In this document: positions 25,651-37,365 of the stretch, piece by piece | Position numbering within the stretch: position 1 is the stretch's first letter | Layout of the letters: each line of letters opens with the position of its first letter | Notes under the pieces: model-generated | Told to the model about the DNA's origin: nothing | Database searches by the model: none | Seen by the model: only the letters and a program-made list of their open reading frames with translations | Assembly (NCBI GenBank): GCA_965113315.1 | Contig: OZ220364.1 | Length of the DNA: 64,000 nt | Strand: one strand, 5' to 3' | Origin: Podarcis vaucheri | Taxonomy: Eukaryota | Position numbers and translations under genes: made by a program

Positions 25651-28600
25651 TCCCTCCAGCATGCAAATGTTAAAAGGCATTGAAAGAAGTTGGCAGCTCT
25701 GCAGCTTCTAGATGTGCAGGATTGTCTTCCATTGCATGTTGTCTTTATGTGTGCATAATAAGGAGGTGGGTCATGGCTGTGAGATTGCTGAATGAGCCAT
25801 CATGCCAGAAAACGGCAAAGCCTAGGCAGGAGTTCAGAGGCCCTGTTCCCTTCACCTTCTCTCAAGACCTGTGCAGATTTTCCCACAGATCTTTAGCTTG
25901 AAGGAGCATGAAGAACCCCTTTCTGTGGCTGCCATCCCACTCCCTCCCTCTCTTCCCAAGCAGGGTGGTAACCCTCTTGCAGTTGATTTCTGTCGCGCTT
26001 AGGAGCCCTGCCATGGGAGGGGAAGATCTGGCTCATTATCATGTTGCCAGCAGCTGGGTTTGGGGACAGAACTAATTGTGTGGAAGCAAATGCAGTCAGC
26101 TTTTATTAAACTGGTTTGCAGATTACTTTTAAGTTGGTAATTTGTGTGTATGAATGAGGGTTGCATGTGTGCCTGTACTTTCTCCTTGGTAAGGAAGCGA
26201 ATGTCTTCTACTTCAGCAAAATTATTTTCATCCAATGCAGGAGTGACTAACCTGTGGCCCTCCAGATCTTATGGGGGGACTCCAACTCTCAGTGGTCAGT
26301 CCCAACAACAACTGGAGAGCCACAGGTTAGCCATCCCCGATTTAACCTGTGCAGTTTAGCAATTCAAACCAGCAGCCCAGGTGCTTAGAAAGTTGAGGTG
26401 ATTTTAATCTGTTTTATTTTAACTTTTGTATGTTTGAAAGTATGGTTGCGAATTTTTATTGATTTTACTGTTTTATCTTTTGTAAACCGCTTTGAGGCTT
26501 TTTTTGAAACTATTAGACAGTGTATAAATCTTAAGAAATAAAAAAAACTAACTAACTAACCATATAGAACTTGGAGCTGCAAGTTTCTCTTCAAGTGTAT
26601 GTCCCAGTGCTAGCATTCATTTCAGAGATACATTCAAGCAGAGAATGAGAAACCTATATATTGCCAAAGAACTGTGTCCTTCCTGCAGCCTTCCCCAACC
26701 TGGTGCCCTCTAGGTATTTTGGACTACAGTTCAGTCCCAGCCAGCATTGCCAATGGTATACTGTATCTCAGACCACACTTTCTTCCAGTCACCTTTGAGC
26801 TTCTGTTACTCTCAACAGCACCTGTTCCTTTTTACTGAACTGTAATTGTCAAGCTTGAACTCTTTCCCTCCCCCTGAAAAAAAAACACATCTTTTACTGT
26901 AGACCTGTAACATTCTTAATAATGGAACTGCTAGCTTGGATTTGTCAACACTTAAAATCAAAAGTCTCGTGGGAATGCTGTGTCCAATAAATGTCTGAAC
27001 TGGACAGCACACACTCCCCAGAGGCATAGCAGGAGTGACTCCTGTGCTGCTTGGTCTGTGAGAGAGAGGTGGGTTCCTCTTCAGAAACAGAATCTACATA
27101 AATATAAATAATCATCAAGTTTCTGTCTGTTTTTTTGCCAGTGCAGGATCTCATGGCCCTGGAGTCATGTGCTTGCAAGATAAAAGCAGGGGGACATAGA
27201 GAACTGTTTGCTTAGGAAGGAAGGCTAGGGCTGGATCTGGGGTCCCAGACACAGTTGCTGAAATAGTAGAGGAGTTTTCCACAAGGTAGCCTAGACAAGG
27301 AGGTGAGCAGGGTAGTTATTGCACCAGCAATTGAGAGTTCATTTAGGAGACTTTGCAATCCCATCTTTCCTAGTGCAGTAGTGGTAGTGCCAATCCTGGA
27401 AGCACTTACATCAGAGTCTTGTTGTCAGGAGCAGAAGCTGGTGAAGGAAGGTCATGTGCTGCCATTCAGCTCTCTGCCTTGTAATTGTTCTTCTGCTGGG
27501 GATTGCTGTCTTCGTTCCTGGGAATGAGGTGGTGATTGTAGAGAAGAGCAGAATCCCATGGCTTAGCAAGAACCCAGGCAAGAGGTGTACACTCAGTTCT
27601 CTTGATTCATCAGGGTCCAGCTGTCTCAGGAAGAGCCAATTCTTCTTGGTTCCACCTTGGATTTTATTCCACCAGGATTTTATTTTTATTTTAAGAATAA
27701 AAGTATTAACCCCATTAAGAACAAAGTGGTTTTGGGATTGCTTTCACAGGCTGCAACTCTGCTAGGACTTAAGCTGTTCCAAGTGTTCAGCTGTGTCCAG
27801 GTCTGGAACCTGAGGTCTTTTTGGAGGCTAGAGGAGCAATACTCTTTCCCCTCACCCCAGCAGATTTCCATATTGTAGGCGACCTTAAAGATCCATTGGA
27901 TTCAACCATTCTTGCCCCAGGACAGAAGGAGAGGAGCTGCTGAGCCAGGTAGCTGTTTCAAAACTGCTACCCAACTAGCTGCATATGAAGCTACTCTGGA
28001 GGTGCAGGAAGTGCATTGTATACACCTGCCTGTAAGCCAGAAAGGGGCGGAGCCTCAAGATCCTTAATAAAGTCACAGTCTGAACTACTGCATTGTAGAA
28101 GGATCTGCTCCACGCTCCAGCCTTCCTGAACCAGGAAAGTGAGCAGCTACTTAAATCCCCTTGGAAACCTGCCTGATCACATAGCTTTGTTTCCCTCACA
28201 TACAGTTTGAAAGAGATAAAAAGTGAGCAGTGCTTGGGAGTACTATGTCTTAACTATAATACATCACAGCATATTGCATGTAATAAAATCTGGTACCCAT
28301 TGGAGGACTGAGCTATCTTCATATATGATGGTTCATATATGTATATATGCTAGCTGGCTGTCTTGTTTCTCTAATCATGATCCACCTTGTACCCAGCCAT
28401 CACTGGTTGAACCAGCAGATCTTCTGTAAGCATGGAGATCATAGCCATACCTTCAGCAGAGAGTATTCTTTGATAACTTAAACCTGTATGCACATCTCTC
28501 AGTATCTCATCACTTGATGACATGCAGTTGAAGGTGTGGACTCACGCCACTGAAAATTGTTGTGCTTCGTTTGAAGTGAAATTCAAGGTATGTCTGCGTT

Positions 28601-30133
28601 AATTTGTCATGTCTCATCCACACATTCTCACCACCACTGAGTGATAGAACCCAGTGAACCGAATGATATGAATGTGCAAACCAAACCCTAGTAGTTCCAA
28701 CACTGCATTTCTTCATGTGATTCCATACATAGGGACTGTCAGAAGGATTTGCATGGCAGAATAAAGCATCAGTCCTTGTCAGGCAGATGTTGGGCAGAAG
28801 ATGTATGGGTTTGCAAATATGCATGTATTTATCTAATCATACATATTCGTTACGTATGCCATTAATTTGATATAAAGGCATGTGTAATCATTTCAGAACC
28901 ATTGAAAATTCATGGCTACCATTTTAACCTAGGTATGAGTCATTAACTTACTCTTATCTTTCCATATTATTTTTGGAGGGGAATTTAGCAGTTGGAGCTA
29001 AGGATGAATTTGTCACATTTGAATGAAGAAAACCAATATTGCCTGTCATACACCAGATTTTACAATGGCTTTCTTCTGCTTTCCGTCTACAAGTGTCACA
29101 TTCACGACTGAATACAGCACTTTTAGCCTCACTTTGTGAGGAGGTAACCATGGGTTTTACCAATAGTAATTATCATTATGAGCCATTATGTCATATTAAT
29201 CTTTCCAAATTAAATACATAGTTAATTAGCAAATGCTTGAACTCTTCTTAATCTCATGATCATGGGTGGCTGGTGAGTTTGTTTTGTTTTTGTTACTTTT
29301 TTGCCAAGTTTGCATGTGCTCTGCTGGCTTTGTGTTTTTAATTACAAATGCGATACTTAATGCCAGCTCACTTGCCTATGCTAGTAGTCGGCAAATTAAA
29401 ACTTTGGACCTGGTTCGATGGGCGGGTTTCAGTTTAGAAATTTAAAGTTTCTGTCAGACCATTGTTAATGCAGTGTTTGCATTTGGGCTGAAGTGGATAA
29501 TCTCTCTTTTTGTCATTTCCCCTTCTCATGCTCTTCTCAAAGTGCACCCTTCTCTTGATGTGCTTAAGAAGCAGTCTCCCCTTAGAGATTCAGTGGCCAC
29601 CTTCAGTGATGTGTTTCTGCCACTAATTCAAGCCATTTTTGCATTTCCATGCATTTCCGACCTTTGATCAACCAGATTGTTCTTGGCCTAATGTATGATA
29701 TGTGTACGTACAATTCCCATTATAGCTGGCCATTCGCCATGCTTGCTGAGGCTGGTGGGAATTGTAGTTCAACAACATCTGGAGGGCAAAAGGTTCCCCA
29801 AACTTAAGGAAACATTTGACTTCCTGTGGGAGGAAAGAAAATGGTGAAGCTCAGACATATGGTGGCAGTGTACCCATTTGTGTAGACTTGAGCCTGTCCC
29901 AATGACATTGGGAAGGGAACAGGAGCAGGGACACCATGTGAGTGAGGGGAGTTGAACACTTCCCAACATATCTCACCACAATCTGTCCCCAAACTTCTTT
30001 TCCCAGTCCAGTACCAATAGTGGCTCTCTCTAGGAGGAGGTGGGTAGTAGTTGTGGTGAGGCTACAGCTGCCTTGGCTTTTAAAATTGGCACCCTGCTAT
30101 GCGCTTCATTTTATGCACTATTATGGCTGGCAT

Positions 30134-30494
30134 AGAGGGATGCGGGTGGCGCTGTGGGTTAAACCACAGGGCCTAGGAATTGCCGATCAGAAAGTCGGCA
30201 GTTCGAATCCCCGCGACAGGGTGAGCTCCCGTTGCTCCGTCCCTGCTCCTGGCAACCTAGCAGTTTGAAAGCACCTAAAAGTGCTAGTAGATAAATAGGT
30301 ACCGCTCCAGCGGGAAGGTAAACAGCGTTTCTGTGTGCTGCTCTGGTTGGCCAGAAGCGGCTTAGTCATGCTGGCCACATGACCCAGAAGCTGTACACCG
30401 GCTCCCTCAGCCAAAAAAGCGAGATGAGCGCCACAACCCCAGAGTTGGTCACGACTGGACCTAATGGTCAGGGGTCCCTTTACCTTTACCTTTA
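30134..30494 (+). mobile_element. Sauria SINE (lacertid POM type), full length
   Basis: tRNA-like head with A box (gtggcgctgtgg) and B box (gttcgaatcc); (ACCTTT)n tail; 12-bp TSD TATGGCTGGCAT at 30122-30133 and 30495-30506. Confidence 0.93.
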
Positions 30495-31043
30495 TATGGC
30501 TGGCATGAGTTTAAATGAATGGGTCTCCTACTGTATTCTGAGGCTTGATAGGGCTGCGGAAGTGCAGTTTTCAGAAGGAAAGCATCTCTGTGGAGAACTC
30601 TTAATGTACACTTGTTGTGAGCTTTCTTGCTTAAAGCCAATTTCTCATGAGCCTCTTTGCACATAGCAGCCAGCATTTCCATCCCTTCGATGGTGAGATA
30701 TGCCATTTGGCTAAACAAGCATGGCTTCCTAACTCTGGCAAGGCAGATTGTTAAAAAAGAAGTACCTATAGAAGAAACACACAATAGGTAAGTAGATCAT
30801 GGAGATAAGCTGCTCTGCTGCTGTGCATAGCAAGTTGCTCCCGGGAGATCTTTACACAGTCTGCGTAGAACACTAGCTAAAGCGTATTTCCCCCTGATTT
30901 AAAAACAATGGAAGACGCAAAGTTCCACTGCAGATGAAAAAAAACCTGGAGTATGTTTTAATTCATATTTGTTCTAAGTATCAAAGAGCATGTTGTTGAA
31001 TACATTGTACCACCCTTCCGTTTTATAACAAAACACCTCATTG

Positions 31044-31243
31044 NNNNNNNNNNNNNNNNNNNNNNNNNNNNNNNNNNNNNNNNNNNNNNNNNNNNNNNNN
31101 NNNNNNNNNNNNNNNNNNNNNNNNNNNNNNNNNNNNNNNNNNNNNNNNNNNNNNNNNNNNNNNNNNNNNNNNNNNNNNNNNNNNNNNNNNNNNNNNNNNN
31201 NNNNNNNNNNNNNNNNNNNNNNNNNNNNNNNNNNNNNNNNNNN
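31044..31243. other. Assembly gap (200 N)
   Basis: Run of N. Confidence 1.
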
Positions 31244-31741
31244 TGTATGTATTTCTAAACATATTTTATCCTAAAATACACAAGTTCAACACATTCTGAT
31301 GCATTTTTATTAGCTGAAGTGTTTATCAGAAGATGTTGAGAAGTGAGGCAACCAAAGGAGGATGTTCTGAGCCATATGTTAGCCCAGGAGGTGTGAATTA
31401 GGTTAGTGCCCAAGCAAAATTCCCCTCCACATGTACAATCCCTCTGTATCTCAAGCAGATGACGGTGATCATCCTACCGCCTGGGAACCATAGTCAAAGG
31501 TTCAAGTGGTATAAAATAAACATAACTCTGCAGTATGGATTGGGGACCTGACTCTTTCCTAAGTTCCTAGGTGTTACAAAACACTTTGGACTTTGTTGAG
31601 TCCAGTGTGGGCCTGTGTGGAGGGATCTTCATATAGGGTAGAAGAGGGCCCTATCCCACCTTGCAGTGCATGTTTTGGGCACCCGACACACTGGGTTGTG
31701 AGGGAGGAAAGGGAGACCCATGTGCACCTCCTCATATCTCC

Positions 31742-31888
31742 TTCAGCTCAGTCAGTAGAGCATGAGACTCCTAATCTCAGGGTTGTGAGTTCAAGTCCCA
31801 CATTGGGCAAAAATAAATAAATCATGCATTGCAGGGGATTGAACTAGATGAGCTCATGGTCCCTTCCAACTCCATGATTCTATGATTA
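31742..31888 (+). mobile_element. tRNA-Lys(CTT)-derived SINE with CR1 3' tail
   Basis: agctcagtcagtagagcatgagactcctaatctcagggttgtgagttcaagtcccacattgggc closely follows vertebrate tRNA-Lys(CTT); then gcattgcagggg...gtcccttccaactccatgattctatgatt. Confidence 0.85.
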
Positions 31889-34800
31889 TGCAAGCTCGGA
31901 TTTAGCGTTCCTTGACTGAATCAAGGCCAGGGGGGCTGGACAGGGATATGAGAGGCATGCATAGGTCTAACGTGCTAAGGGCCAGTTTGTGCATGAGGGG
32001 GTGGAAAGCCACCTCTTTCATGCCATATGGGGATCCCTCCAGACACAGGCACTGTGCCCACCATGAACCAGATTGAGCCATGTTACTGGCCCAGAGCCAA
32101 CATTTTAAATGGACTTTTCACATTTTGTATCTTGCCTTTCCTCCAGGTCACTTAGGTACTTCTGCTGTCTGGGCTAAAACCAGAATGCCACAGATCTGTG
32201 TGCTGCTATTGTCTGCTGGGGCACCATAAGAGTATATATCATACTCATATGTTGTATGATAACATAATACAACAACAGGTGTCAATAGAATTACAGTCCA
32301 GTTCTATCTGTGTTTGCTACTCAGAAACTGCAGAGAGTCTTCGGACAACTTAAACCACAGAATAGCTGTGTTTGCTTGTACTGCAGCAAAAAGAACCGAG
32401 ATCATCAGGTGCATGAAACACAACCACCGTAAGCAGTGGCATCAGAGGGAAATGAAATGCGAAAAGTACCAATAGTGACAACTCAAACAAGATTCTTTGG
32501 CAATTGTTACCCAGAATGAAGTACAATCAAGTTCAATAGTGCTTACTCTTAGGGAAGCGCTGATAGGATTGTATCCATAGATTCTACTCTCAGGGTAGAC
32601 AATGTGGTATAATTTGGATGATGTTGGACTCCAAATCCCATCATCCTTGACCATTGGCTATGTTAGTTGGGGTTGAGGGGAGTCAGAATCCAACAACATT
32701 TGGAGGACACCACATTGGTCTTCCCAGGTGATGCACAATTTCCAGTTCCCAAATGATGCATAATTCCCAGTTCACAGAGTTAAATAAGAGTTGATGCCTT
32801 CACCGAGCCATCAACTTGTTAAGCCTCAAACTCTTGCCTAGAGATCCACACCCTGTTCCTTTTGCCAAATCTTCATGGACATCCTCCTATGACAAACGTA
32901 CAACTCAGCCCAACATTTAGAAGTCTCTGACTTAACATACTGAAAGCCATCAGAGTGGCTATGATCAAACCAAATGAAAGACTTTAAAGACTCATTGCTT
33001 GAAGTGAGAGAGTGTTTAACTTTGGCTGGGTCACTCTGGTTGAGGTTTCTACCATCTGTGCCATTTAAAAGGAAAAAGGAAATGTGCATGATTTTTTTGA
33101 ATTGCATCAAAATAATCAAATTGAAGCCATCTTCTTCTGAGAAATTAAAAAAGCCTTAAAAACACCAGATAACAAATAAACAAATTTTCTCTGCTGTTAC
33201 TGAAAAGCTAATAGCGGAAATCTTAACTGTGGGTTAAAATGCACTTGTGGAATCATTTTTGGAAAAGTCCTTACAGTCAGAATATACTTGGGTGAAGTAC
33301 TTGAAACCCTGTATCAGTTGTGGCCATTTCACACATTGGTTAGGGGCAATGTCAGTTTTATTAACCTGCTGCATTCTGTGCTTGTTCTTTTAGTTCCTTT
33401 TTTCCATTAACGTTGAACTGCAATCTGTCTGTAATCTATCCACACCCTGTCAGTTACAAGGGTATGGGAAAGTTTGCATCAAAAGGTGCTTGTGCTGCCG
33501 TTCTAATTAAAACATACATCATGAAGATGCTGTTCTCTCTTTGCTCTAAATTATGGACAGGAAATGCACAGTTAAGGTTTTAAACTGTCATCTTCCCACA
33601 TGTTAGTCAACCTGCTAGCTTTTCTCTGCTATAAATCCCCTGTAACCACTTTGACTTTACAGTCTAGGATGTACAGCCATCATTCAGATTGTAAGTAATT
33701 AATATGCCCAACTCGTTAAAACTACAACTCCAGGCTTTTAAGTTTGCAGATATGCCCTTTGTTCTGCATGTTTTGATTGCTCTCAAGAAATGATTGGGAA
33801 GAAATCCCTAAATGTTCTCAGAGCAAGACTCGCCTACTCCACAATTTTGCAGTTTTGAGCCATGGTCATATGACATTTCAATAGGAGATGAGCTGTCCTA
33901 TGCGAAGCACTGCTGCACATTCTACTTTTTAGGGCTGTTCCCAGGTACCTGCTAAGGCCACCAGGGAGCCCACTGTTGACCCTAGAGCTTCCTGGCAAAT
34001 AAATCGACAGCTTTCTCAAAAAGCTTGCTTTTCAGAAGTACCATTAGGACTTAATCCTAGGTCAGTGTCTAGGATTGCAAGCTAAAGCTGTAATTCTAAG
34101 CACACTTACAAGGGAGTAAGCCCTGTGGCTCAGTGGGGCTTACTTCTGATCAAACATTACTCTGAATAAATATGTTGGGGGTTTTCATGCTAACAGTCTA
34201 TTTCCACACACGTACACAAACAGTGTGTGTGCGCACGCGCGCATGCACACACACACACTTTGTTCTCCTCATAGGGCTTAGAACATATAGCAGTTCTATA
34301 CTTGTTTAAGTGTCATGGCTTCCCCCAGAGAATCCTGGGAATTGGACTGGGAGGACAGTTTGAGAGCTCTAGCTGCTCTAGACATAACTGCAAGTCCTAC
34401 AGTTATCTGGGACAAGGAAATAGCAAAACTCCAGTCCTGTGCACATTTTCTAGCAAGTGAGCCCTGTCCAATGCACTGAGGCTTTTTTGTAAACATACCT
34501 AGGATTGAGTTGCATCATTGGGGTGTTCCAAGTCAACATAGGCTGAGTAATGAAACCTGCAATGGGTTGGCATTCAATATATTGTTGTATGCTCATACCT
34601 CGCAGAAAAAAGTAGTGGAGAAGCCAGAAAGTTCTCTCAGTGGCGGCCAACCATGAAAGTTGCTTTTGGGGAAGTACAGCTACAAACCCTGTGTTTGTAG
34701 GGCTTATGTGGAGTCAGGCCAGTGATCCATTAGCTAAGGATTGTCTACTCTGACTGGCAGCATCTCTCCAAGGGGACTTTCCCAGCCCTGCTTTGAGTTA

Positions 34801-34927
34801 CCTGGGATTGAACCAGGGAGCTGCTCCCCTGCAATTATAATAACTCTCACTATTGGCTTCTGGTGTAGGGGGGTTTAGGTTCCCTTACTGAAGGTCAATA
34901 ATAAGGAAGCCTAAACTCCCCCTACAG

Positions 34928-35042
34928 CAGTGATGTCCAAACTTTTTTCAAAGAGGGCCAGATTTGATGAAGTGAAGAGCCATGGGGCTGGATTAAACTG
35001 ACCAGTGGGCCGGATTAAGCCCCCGAAATGGTCTTTGGCCTG
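34928..35042. mobile_element. Short hAT MITE
   Basis: CAG...CTG ends; perfect 8-bp TSD CCCTACAG. Confidence 0.75.
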
Positions 35043-35921
35043 CCCTACAGTGATGGGGGCACTTATTTCCAGCTGTTTGATCCTTTCTTCCTGAAATGGC
35101 AGCTTCTTCAAAGCTGAGTTTTGGCAGTGGTGTGTGGACCCTGATTGACAGCTTTGCACACTACTCAGTATAAGTAATAACCTTGACAGCTAGGAGGCTA
35201 GAAACAATTTTCTCAGAATGAACCTGAACCTTCAAACCTAGTTCTGACGAGAGGAAAGTCTTCAGGAAATTATGTATCTGCAGGATGAAGTTGTCCCATT
35301 TCAAATGGTGCTGTCCCATGCAGCAGAACTCTACATCAAGTATCATATTGTCACATGCCTTAAGCAAATTTACTTGTAGTGAAGTGGGGCTCTACACCTG
35401 TCAATCCCAAAAGATCAAGCCTCCTGAGATTCAAGTGGTGCGCTGCTTCAGGCTAGATGCAGTAATACACCATGCTACCTAGAGTGTTGCCATATCTCCT
35501 CTCAAGCAAGTTTACACAACAAAACCTTTAGAAGAAATTAATTTGGTAGGAGTGGATACGATGTTTATATGTTTATGCGTCATTAGTAAGCTATCTCAAT
35601 CAACTGATGAAATATAGCTGTTTCTGTCTTTTGGCTTTTGCAAACTGGGTTGGTATGGAGATACTAGATTGTATTCAATTAAGTTCTACTCAGAGTAGAA
35701 ATAAATAGAACCCTTAGTCATATTGGTTGATTTCATTGGGTCTACTCTGAGCATTGTAGTGTTACATTGGTCACACAAAATATTTCAGGTTACATCTCAT
35801 TACATTTTCTCTATGCTAACAAGCTCAAATAAGAGAATAAGGTTAAAATGTACAGATTTTTCTTTTCATTTGTTAAAAGGTGGGGATATCTGTTTTTGTG
35901 ACCAACATAACACTCAACCAT

Positions 35922-36250
35922 CCCATGTAGTGTAGTGGTTAGAGCGGGCTTCCTCAAACTCGGCCCTCCAGATGTTTTTGGCCTACAACTCCCATGATCC
36001 CTAGCTAGCAGGACCAGTGGTCAGGGATGATGGGAATTGTAGTCTCAAAACATCTGGAGGGGCGAGGTTGCCTGTGCCTGAGTTAGAGTGTCAGACTAGT
36101 TGCTGGGAGACTAGGGTTCAGAGACCACCCCGCCATGAAACTCACTTCTCAACCTCACAGGGTTGTTGTATGTGTAAAATGGGGAGGGATATGCCACCTT
36201 GAGCTTCTTGGAGGAAAGGTGGGATATAATTATAATAAAATAATAATAAT
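35922..36250 (+). mobile_element. tRNA-derived CORE/MIR-like SINE, interrupted by a hAT MITE
   Basis: gtgtagtggttagag|tgtcagactag...gggttc head; cctcacagggttgttgt core; (AAT)n tail. Confidence 0.7.
35945..36080. mobile_element. ~136-bp palindromic hAT MITE (in SINE)
   Basis: TSD GGTTAGAG/AGTTAGAG; the two ends belong to different TIR variants. Confidence 0.88.
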
Positions 36251-37365
36251 ATGTTTTATTGTCCTAAGCGCATCTGATTTTATCCTTGAAATAAAATTTC
36301 TCCATTTACAAACGAGAAAGCAAAACTATCACTATAATAAAGAGTCATTAATCTATTGTCTATTTCCTTGGAGAGGTCCTGAACTAAGTTTAGAAAAGAA
36401 AAAGAAATTCTGAGTCATCTTGTATGTCACACTTGTGGTTGTTTTGCTCACAAACAAAACACCATTTTGAAAAACTGTGACCAGATAATGAAACTTTGGA
36501 AAACTATCTTTAAAATAATATATTTCATTTTCATATATAATTAAACTATTCTATAAGTTGTAGGTTGACACTTTTATGGCATTACCTAGGAGTAGATGTG
36601 ATCCTATGCCCCAAATTCAGGGATTAAGAACCCAGGTGTGCAATAGCCCTTGGGTTCCGCCTTCCCACCTTCTTCCATGTCTTGTGAACTTAGGGGTGAC
36701 CTGACTTAAGTCTTAGAACTGTGAAGTGCCAAGTTTCATTATCATGAGGATGAAGATTTATTATGGCAATTGAAGATTACTGCACATACAAGCTGTCTCC
36801 CAACTGCTAAATGGCAACTTTCAGACCAGTCCAACTGACCAGTCCCATTGGTTATTGCAGGTCCACTACATAATGCCATATGACTTAGTAATAGCTTCCT
36901 CCTTCCTAAACAGCACCCTGCCATGCCTCCTCTTGTGTAAACATACTGGAGAGGAGGCATGACAACGCAGCAGGTAAAATGGCACGTTACTTTATTCTGG
37001 AGTTAGTTAAATTTATTTAATGTCCTTCATCCAAGGATCATAGGGTAGTTTACAATATAAAAACACAAAATTACATATTTTTCAAATTCACATCAGTGTG
37101 CCACTTGAATCCCAGGGATAGGGGCCGGCTTACTTTGCCACAAATAAATTAACACTGCTGCACCTAAACTTAACAGGGCACAACACCACTTGAAAGGGCA
37201 CATTTTGGTTTGATTTTGTCACTTTGGACCTTTATTAATCTTGTGCTGCACTTTCAAATGCACTGAAAGCATACAGACATGTCATGTCACAACATTCGGA
37301 CCTCTGGCTCTGCTATTGTAGCAGATCCTCTTCCTTAATCTGTCATTTTTGTATGTTGTTGTTGT

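Noticed and set aside
27454-27530. Signal-peptide-like MCCHSALCLVIVLLLGIAVFVPGNE
   Set aside because: Weak donor site, no downstream exons found, no family recognised.
28503-28587. Possible 85-nt exon (ctctcag...AAG|gtatgt) with an open frame
   Set aside because: Peptide not recognised and pyrimidine tract short; needs RNA-seq or homology support.
30690-30792. Short ATG-initiated frame ending at a GTAAGT donor
   Set aside because: No promoter or CpG-island context and no recognisable protein.
31038-31274. ORFs spanning N runs (also 55624-56012)
   Set aside because: Artefacts of assembly gaps.
31742-31810. Functional tRNA-Lys gene
   Set aside because: 5' acceptor stem lost, anticodon mutated, CpG decay, and fused to a CR1 tail; it is a SINE.
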